Shown here piece by piece: positions 7,783 to 12,472 of a DNA stretch of 15,136 bases. A program made the translations under genes and the position numbers. The stretch's first letter is position 1. Every line of letters starts with the position of its first letter. Location of the stretch: NCBI GenBank assembly GCA_051439505.1, contig JBFRWI010000188.1, positions 1-15,136 on the forward strand. Direction: 5' to 3'. The stretch is from Hormoscilla sp. Lineage in GTDB: Bacteria > Cyanobacteriota > Cyanobacteriia > Cyanobacteriales > Desertifilaceae. The notes beneath the pieces are model-generated. The model did no database searches. It saw only the letters and a list, made by a program, of their open reading frames with translations, and was not told the origin of the DNA.

Positions 7783-9537
7783 TTAACTGTCATCGGGTAG
7801 TCGGACGCCAATTAATTCCAGTTCGACGCTGCGGTCGCCATTATAATTATTTTCTCGCAGTTTGTAGGCAATGTCAACTCGGGCTGGTAAGGGAAAGTAT
7901 TCTCCCCATCGCCAGGCGATCGCCTCTCGGATCTTGGTTTCCATTCCTATCTGCTGTCCTAATGTTAACTTCAGATGACCTTTGTTGACTATTTTCTGTT
8001 GTAATACCCGGACATTGGGGGTCCAAAAGATAGGGGCAGAGTTTCCGATGCCGCAAGGATGCAGGGCATCAATTTGCTGATATAATTCGAGATTAATTTG
8101 CTGAAAACTAGCGGGACTGTCAATCTTTATCAAGGGTCTTAAATGTTCGGGTTGCAAGCATCTGTAAGCAAATTCTCGCAAGCTATTTTGAAATGCTTCT
8201 AGATGTTCGGCCCGCAGGGAAAAGCCTCCCGCTGCTTGGTGCCCGCCATATTTTTCTAATAAATTATCGCAAGCTTGTAAAGCGTGAAAAACATTAAATT
8301 CGGGAATTCCTCGGGCAGAACCCCGCAGATGAGAATCATTTTCATAGGTGCCGAGAAAGACAGGAACGCCGTAGCGTTCTACCAGGCGGGAAGCAACTAT
8401 ACCGATGACTCCATGATGCCATTGGGGTTGCACTATAACTAACACTCTCTCTTCTTGACAGTTAATTTGGTTCTCCGCACACCAGGCGATCGCCTCTGCT
8501 TCTATTTGGGTACACATCCCCTGACGCTGACTGTTCAGCTGTTCGCATTGCTTGGCCCTTTGCCATGCTATCCCTTTATCCGTTGTGGTCAGGAGTTCGA
8601 TCGCGATCTGGGGGTCCGTCAAACGCCCGACCGCATTGATCCGGGGCCCCAGGCGAAAGCCAATATCTTCAGGTTTGAGGGCTTTTTGCCGCCGATCGAC
8701 TCCCGAAACGTTGATTAAGGCTTGCACTCCTGTAAGCTGAGATTGGGGTAGATGTTGCAATCCTCGTTTCAGCCAGCGGCGGTTAACTCCCGTTAAGGGC
8801 GCTAAGTCGGCAATAGTTCCGAGAGTAAATAGTTCCAGGGATGTTTTGTAGAGTCCGTCTTCTTTTCCCATCTGCTGGGCTAATGTTACGGCTAAAATGT
8901 AGGCGATACCTACTCCCGCCAGTCCCCGATAGGGCGAAGTTGCTGATATTAACTTGGGGTTGAGTATGGCATTGGCAGGAGGTAGTTGGGGCGGGATGTC
9001 GTGATGGTCAGTAACGATCACTTTTATTCCTAACTGGCGGGCCCTCTGCACTGGTTCGGTAGCACTAATACCATTATCTACTGTTAAAATTAGCTTTACC
9101 CCTTGGCCGTGGAATTCTTCAACAATGCGATTATTAATGCCGTAGCCTTCCTTCATCCGGCTGGGTATGGCATAATCTACTCTTGCCCCTAGGTATTTAA
9201 GTGCCCGCAGCAGCAAGGCGGTGCTGGTCATGCCGTCCGCGTCGTAGTCCCCGCAGATGGCGATCGGGGCCTGTTGGGCGATCGCCTCTCGCAGCAATTC
9301 CGTACTCAAAGCTAAATCTGGGAACTCCTCTAGGGGATGGGGCAACAGGAGTGAATCCGGATCTAAATATACCTTAGCTTGCTCGGGCGTTTGAATACCG
9401 CGATTAATCAGCACTTGGGCCAACAGGGGTGGGAGTCCCGTTGCTTGGGCCAACTGGTGGATCTTTTGCGGCACGATCGGATATATCTGCCATCGCTGGT
9501 TCGGGAGGTGAAAGGATCTATTTTCTTTTACATGCAT
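7783..9537 (-). CDS. recJ: Single-stranded-DNA-specific exonuclease RecJ
   Basis: DHH-family motifs GDYDADG, TVDNG, TDHH, GTIADL, GPRINAVGR, GVIGIVASRL, RGSAR and DHHA1 GGHQAAGG; C-terminal GHLKL...AIAW region. Confidence 0.97.
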   Translation of the reverse strand: MHVKENRSFHLPNQRWQIYPIVPQKIHQLAQATGLPPLLAQVLINRGIQTPEQAKVYLDPDSLLLPHPLEEFPDLALSTELLREAIAQQAPIAICGDYDADGMTSTALLLRALKYLGARVDYAIPSRMKEGYGINNRIVEEFHGQGVKLILTVDNGISATEPVQRARQLGIKVIVTDHHDIPPQLPPANAILNPKLISATSPYRGLAGVGIAYILAVTLAQQMGKEDGLYKTSLELFTLGTIADLAPLTGVNRRWLKRGLQHLPQSQLTGVQALINVSGVDRRQKALKPEDIGFRLGPRINAVGRLTDPQIAIELLTTTDKGIAWQRAKQCEQLNSQRQGMCTQIEAEAIAWCAENQINCQEERVLVIVQPQWHHGVIGIVASRLVERYGVPVFLGTYENDSHLRGSARGIPEFNVFHALQACDNLLEKYGGHQAAGGFSLRAEHLEAFQNSLREFAYRCLQPEHLRPLIKIDSPASFQQINLELYQQIDALHPCGIGNSAPIFWTPNVRVLQQKIVNKGHLKLTLGQQIGMETKIREAIAWRWGEYFPLPARVDIAYKLRENNYNGDRSVELELIGVRLPDDS

Positions 9538-9574
9538 CGATGCTTCCTCTAGAGATCGGTCTCCATCACTACTC

Positions 9575-9610
9575 GTGACCCAATACTGCCGCGCGGCAGT
9601 ATTGGGTCAC
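9575..9610. repeat. Perfect 36-bp palindrome upstream of recJ
   Basis: GTGACCCAATACTGCCGC|GCGGCAGTATTGGGTCAC, with no spacer and no mismatch. Confidence 0.9.
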
Positions 9611-9702
9611 TGGCCGGATAGTGCTATATATTAATGTAGAAGACCTGCTGGAGGCCAAAACCTTTTGGTAGATCTGTTGCAGCCGACGAAAAAGAGGTGG
9701 GT

Positions 9703-9912
9703 GCGATCGCCCCTCATTTGCGAGAAACCGGGTTTCTAGGATATCCTCTAATCTTTGCCCAAGGTTGAAAAAAGAAACCCGGTTTCTGGTCCCGGGGGTG
9801 GATGCGATCGCCCCCTTGCCGCGAGAAACCGGGTTTCTGGGATATCCTCTAATCAAAACCCAAAGTTTCAATAATAAACCCGGTTTCTGGTCCCTGGGAT
9901 GGGTGCGATCGC
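9703..9912. repeat. Two tandem 101-bp units bounded by HIP1 sites, each carrying an AGAAACCGGGTTTCT / AGAAACCCGGTTTCT inverted pair
   Basis: GCGATCGC at 9703, 9804 and 9905 (exact 101-bp period). The 15-mers are at 9723, 9773, 9824 and 9874 (last has one mismatch). GGATATCCTCTAATC is shared by both units. Confidence 0.9.
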
Positions 9913-9923
9913 GAACACAAAAT

Positions 9924-9985
9924 GTAGGTGTACGGCATCCGCAAATAATCGGTAAAGATGAGCAATGTTTGTATCGCCGTACACC
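9924..9985. repeat. GTAG-type REP doublet (REPIN-like)
   Basis: GTAG at 9924 leads into GGTGTACGGC (9927-9936), paired with GCCGTACACC (9976-9985): a perfect 10-bp inverted repeat with a 39-nt spacer. Confidence 0.6.
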
Positions 9986-10060
9986 GGCCCCATGGGGATG
10001 CAAATTCCGGTGCGATCGCCCGTTGGTGGTGGGTGCGATCGCCCCTACGGACCTTTGCCC

Positions 10061-11512
10061 TTACCTACTCTTGCCCACATGATCCCACAGTCCCGACAAC
10101 ACATCCCATCGCCCCAACATACTCCTTACCAGTCGAAACAATAAGGCCGCTGCGATCGCGGCACAGACAGGCAATGTTAATATAGTTCTGTAATACTGGA
10201 TCGTTTCCACAGATACCATATTTGCCAAAGACAATTTATATGCTATCTCCGGTTCCGGTTGCTGTTCTGCGACAAAGGAACCTACTGCCCATCCTACTCC
10301 TATATCCGTAAGCAATTCTTGGAATTTTTTATCCTTCTTCACCTTTGCGACTGCCACAGTACTCTCTGTCGCTTTAATTGCTTCTTGCAGCAAATTCATC
10401 GCCGTCCACAGGTTACTTTTATCCTTGATAATTTGCTCCAAATAGTCCTCCTTGAAGTCCAGGATGAATATATAGAAAAATCTTATGTCTGTCTCCGCTT
10501 CTGCTTTTAAACTCAGGGCTTTCTTGTTCTGTACTATCTCTGCCTTCCGATAATTTTTGAGATTTATCTCGATCATCCCTTTGATCAAATCCAGGGCTTT
10601 CAAGGATTCTATATAGCGCGAAAATGACCCTTGCATCTTATGTACTTTTTCATTCAGGAAGTCTATTTCTCTACCTGTCTTGAGACCTTTTTCTATGTCT
10701 GATTCCAAGTCCTCTATCTGACTAAATTTATCTTTTGATTCGTGCTTCAGAAGGCGACTCTGTCCGAAATTCCAGAGAACTTTGTTGCGAAATAGAAACA
10801 TCCTCATCCACTCATGATGTAAATAATCCCCTTTATCCATTGTCTCTCTATCTGGATAGATGATAATGATGACGTGGTGGTTTTCTTGGATCTCTTGAAT
10901 GGGGGTCTCTCTCGTCGCATCCTTTTTCATGACTAGGCTATATTGGGAGAGTTCAAAAATATCCCCTCCCATCAACTTTCCTTGTCCTTTCAAGTCCTTT
11001 ATCCACCTTTCCCCCTTTTGGTCCCCCGTTAATGCTGCATAGCAATCTTTCGCAATTTCTTCGGGGTTCTCTGAACCCTCGGGCAACGATCCTGATATCA
11101 TCCAGGTTTGCCCGATCGTCGGTTGTTCCCCCTGGAGTCTGTTTTGCTGAATCTCTTCCTTCAGTTCTGCAAAGCATTTTGCCGGTTGCAGTGCATAATT
11201 ACCGTTATCGTTAATAGCACATTCTACCAGCAATCCGTAAGCATCGTTTATGTATACGGGATAATAATATCCTTTGTAGCGTTTTGTGGGATCCTCAAAC
11301 TGCGCCTCTGTTTGCAGCTTCTGCTGGTCCAGTAGCTGGATATATTCTGCTTCAACTCTATCATCATTTGCCGACAGGTATTTACCAACATTTGCGGGGA
11401 GTTTCCGCTTGAAGTTCTCTCTCCTCCGATCTGCTTCTGTCTCCGTATCCCCCAGACTCTCTCTCAGATCGTAGAGAAATAGATCTACGGTGGGATTGAC
11501 TATATCACTCAT
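10061..11512 (-). CDS. Hypothetical membrane protein, 483 aa: N-terminal globular domain, long charged helical region, two C-terminal TM-like segments (CorA-like architecture); candidate effector
   Basis: Long ORF with ATG start (MSDIVNPTVDLFLYDLRESLG). Helical K/E/L/I-rich stretch at ~aa 255-395, then LLTDIGVGWAVGSFVA and ILTLPVCAAIAAALLFRLV. No CorA GMN motif, so the fold assignment is inference. Confidence 0.75.
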   Translation of the reverse strand: MSDIVNPTVDLFLYDLRESLGDTETEADRRRENFKRKLPANVGKYLSANDDRVEAEYIQLLDQQKLQTEAQFEDPTKRYKGYYYPVYINDAYGLLVECAINDNGNYALQPAKCFAELKEEIQQNRLQGEQPTIGQTWMISGSLPEGSENPEEIAKDCYAALTGDQKGERWIKDLKGQGKLMGGDIFELSQYSLVMKKDATRETPIQEIQENHHVIIIIYPDRETMDKGDYLHHEWMRMFLFRNKVLWNFGQSRLLKHESKDKFSQIEDLESDIEKGLKTGREIDFLNEKVHKMQGSFSRYIESLKALDLIKGMIEINLKNYRKAEIVQNKKALSLKAEAETDIRFFYIFILDFKEDYLEQIIKDKSNLWTAMNLLQEAIKATESTVAVAKVKKDKKFQELLTDIGVGWAVGSFVAEQQPEPEIAYKLSLANMVSVETIQYYRTILTLPVCAAIAAALLFRLVRSMLGRWDVLSGLWDHVGKSR

Positions 11513-11564
11513 TATCTTGTTCGTTCGTTAATTTAATTTCTACGATGGCGATCGCCCAAGGGAT

Positions 11565-11570
11565 ATTATA
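11565..11570 (-). promoter_or_regulatory. Putative -10 box for the 483-aa gene
   Basis: Perfect TATAAT on the minus strand, about 53 nt upstream of the ATG at 11512. Confidence 0.45.
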
Positions 11571-11603
11571 GTACAGGTTGGGTTTCCTGGACCCAAGGGA
11601 AAA

Positions 11604-11879
11604 GGGTGTGGTCACGCATTTGTTGATGGGTGTGGTCAAAACCAGTTGATCGTTCATGGGCTTCTCAGTCGTGGGATCCCCCCAAACCCCCCTTAAAAAG
11701 GGGGGCAACCGGTGCGCCCCCCCTTTGGCAAGGGGGGGTTTGGGGGGGATCCCGCTACAACTACTTTTGACCACACCCTTTGTTGATAGCTGATATGTAA
11801 TATAACCCGCGCTGGCTTTTTTCATGTAGCCGGGCCCTTTAGGGTTCGGGCTACTACCAACGGGAAATGATCCACACCC
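11604..11879. mobile_element. Older, degenerate outer element of the GGGTGTGGTCA family hosting the inner MITE
   Basis: GGGTGTGGTCA at 11604-11614 and TGATCCACACCC at 11868-11879 (one extra base). Contains a GTAG...CTAC hairpin at 11826-11854. No target duplication visible. Confidence 0.45.
11628..11778. mobile_element. 151-bp MITE with 14-bp perfect terminal inverted repeats and 9-bp target-site duplication
   Basis: GGGTGTGGTCAAAA (11628-11641) / TTTTGACCACACCC (11765-11778), extending to 19/21. TTTGTTGAT direct repeats at 11619-11627 and 11779-11787. Internal GC-rich double hairpin GGGATCCCCCCAAACCCCCCTT...AAGGGGGGGTTTGGGGGGGATCCC at 11673-11753. Confidence 0.9.
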
Positions 11880-11926
11880 ACCGGTTGGGGGACCGGTGAG
11901 GATGCGTTGTTTCAAGGAACGAAGTT

Positions 11927-12391
11927 TTAGCCTTTCTCCCCTTTCCCCCGCAACCTCTGGGTTAATTTATCAAGAAGTCCTTCTTTTTGGCATTTTTTGC
12001 TTTCTGACTGCGGATCGGGATTTGTGAGAATAGACACAGAGAAGTTTTTAATGTAATTGCTATCGTCGGGGCCCCCCTTTGGGAACCCACGCTCAACTGG
12101 ATCCTCTGAGGGGAAGACCCGATCGACCTCCTCTGGGGAGGGGAGTAGATCCTGGGGGATGTCGCCCCCCAGACCATCTAGTTTGGCTTTGGTGGCAGTA
12201 AAGAGTTGACTCCAGTTCGGGTTGGCATGTACTATCTCTAGTATGTTAGGCTCGATCCGTGGATGATCCGGAGCTATTTCTAGTTGCTCTCCTACCTCAT
12301 TTAAGGATTTTCGTTCCTCTGGGGTCAGAGGCGGCTCTAAATCAGGTAGAGTGAGGAACAGGGCTAACAAGGTATTGCTGAATTTACTCAT
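11927..12391 (-). CDS. Small hypothetical protein (154 aa from ATG 12391; 167 aa from TTG 12430); candidate protease substrate or adaptor
   Basis: Protein-like ORF MSKFSNTLLALFLTLPDLEPPLTPEERKSL...; helical N-terminal part, Pro/acidic linker containing VERGF, basic C-terminus. Divergent from the caspase-STAND gene. Confidence 0.75.
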   Translation of the reverse strand: MSKFSNTLLALFLTLPDLEPPLTPEERKSLNEVGEQLEIAPDHPRIEPNILEIVHANPNWSQLFTATKAKLDGLGGDIPQDLLPSPEEVDRVFPSEDPVERGFPKGGPDDSNYIKNFSVSILTNPDPQSESKKCQKEGLLDKLTQRLRGKGEKG

Positions 12392-12431
12392 GGGAGGCTG
12401 GCCTTCGGCTCCTTGTGGTATTATGGTCAAG

Positions 12432-12441
12432 ATTGTATACT
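12432..12441. promoter_or_regulatory. Putative bidirectional promoter with overlapping -10 boxes
   Basis: ATTGTATACT reads TATACT on + (12436-12441) and TACAAT on - (12437-12432), in the middle of the 81-bp gap between divergent ATGs at 12391 and 12473. Confidence 0.45.
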
Positions 12442-12472
12442 AGCATCGGGGTTAAAGTCAAGGTCATTAGTT

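Larger units (their letters stand above)
292..11555. repeat. HIP1 (GCGATCGC) dispersed octamers, a cyanobacterial signature
   Basis: 16 perfect copies counted by eye (e.g. 292, 1740, 2287, 3144, 4296, 6006, 9703, 9804, 9905, 10012, 10035, 10152, 11548), plus many one-mismatch CGATCG variants. Confidence 0.85.

Noticed and set aside
663..8740. Numerous short antisense or alternate-frame ORFs
   Set aside because: They overlap well-supported genes and show no recognisable motifs.
9703..10048. Possible CRISPR array
   Set aside because: The recurring 15-mers alternate in orientation, the intervening sequences are homologous between units, the period is 101 bp, and no cas genes are in the window.
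10061..10125. CCCAC-like short repeats at the 3' end of the 483-aa gene (possible read-through extension)
   Set aside because: Too degenerate to define a unit; cannot be judged without homologue alignments.
9569..10185. ORFs of 144, 105 and 75 aa
   Set aside because: They are read-throughs of the palindromic repeat array (ETRFL, RNRVS and KPGF motifs come from AGAAACCGGGTTTCT).
11505..11915. 136-aa ORF between the two hypothetical genes
   Set aside because: It is a translation of nested MITE/REP sequence (IPPKPPLAKGG, PPFLRGVWGD) with a non-ATG start.
10061..12391. Gasdermin as the caspase partner
   Set aside because: Neither neighbouring protein has the size or beta-strand-rich character of bacterial gasdermins; both look mainly helical.
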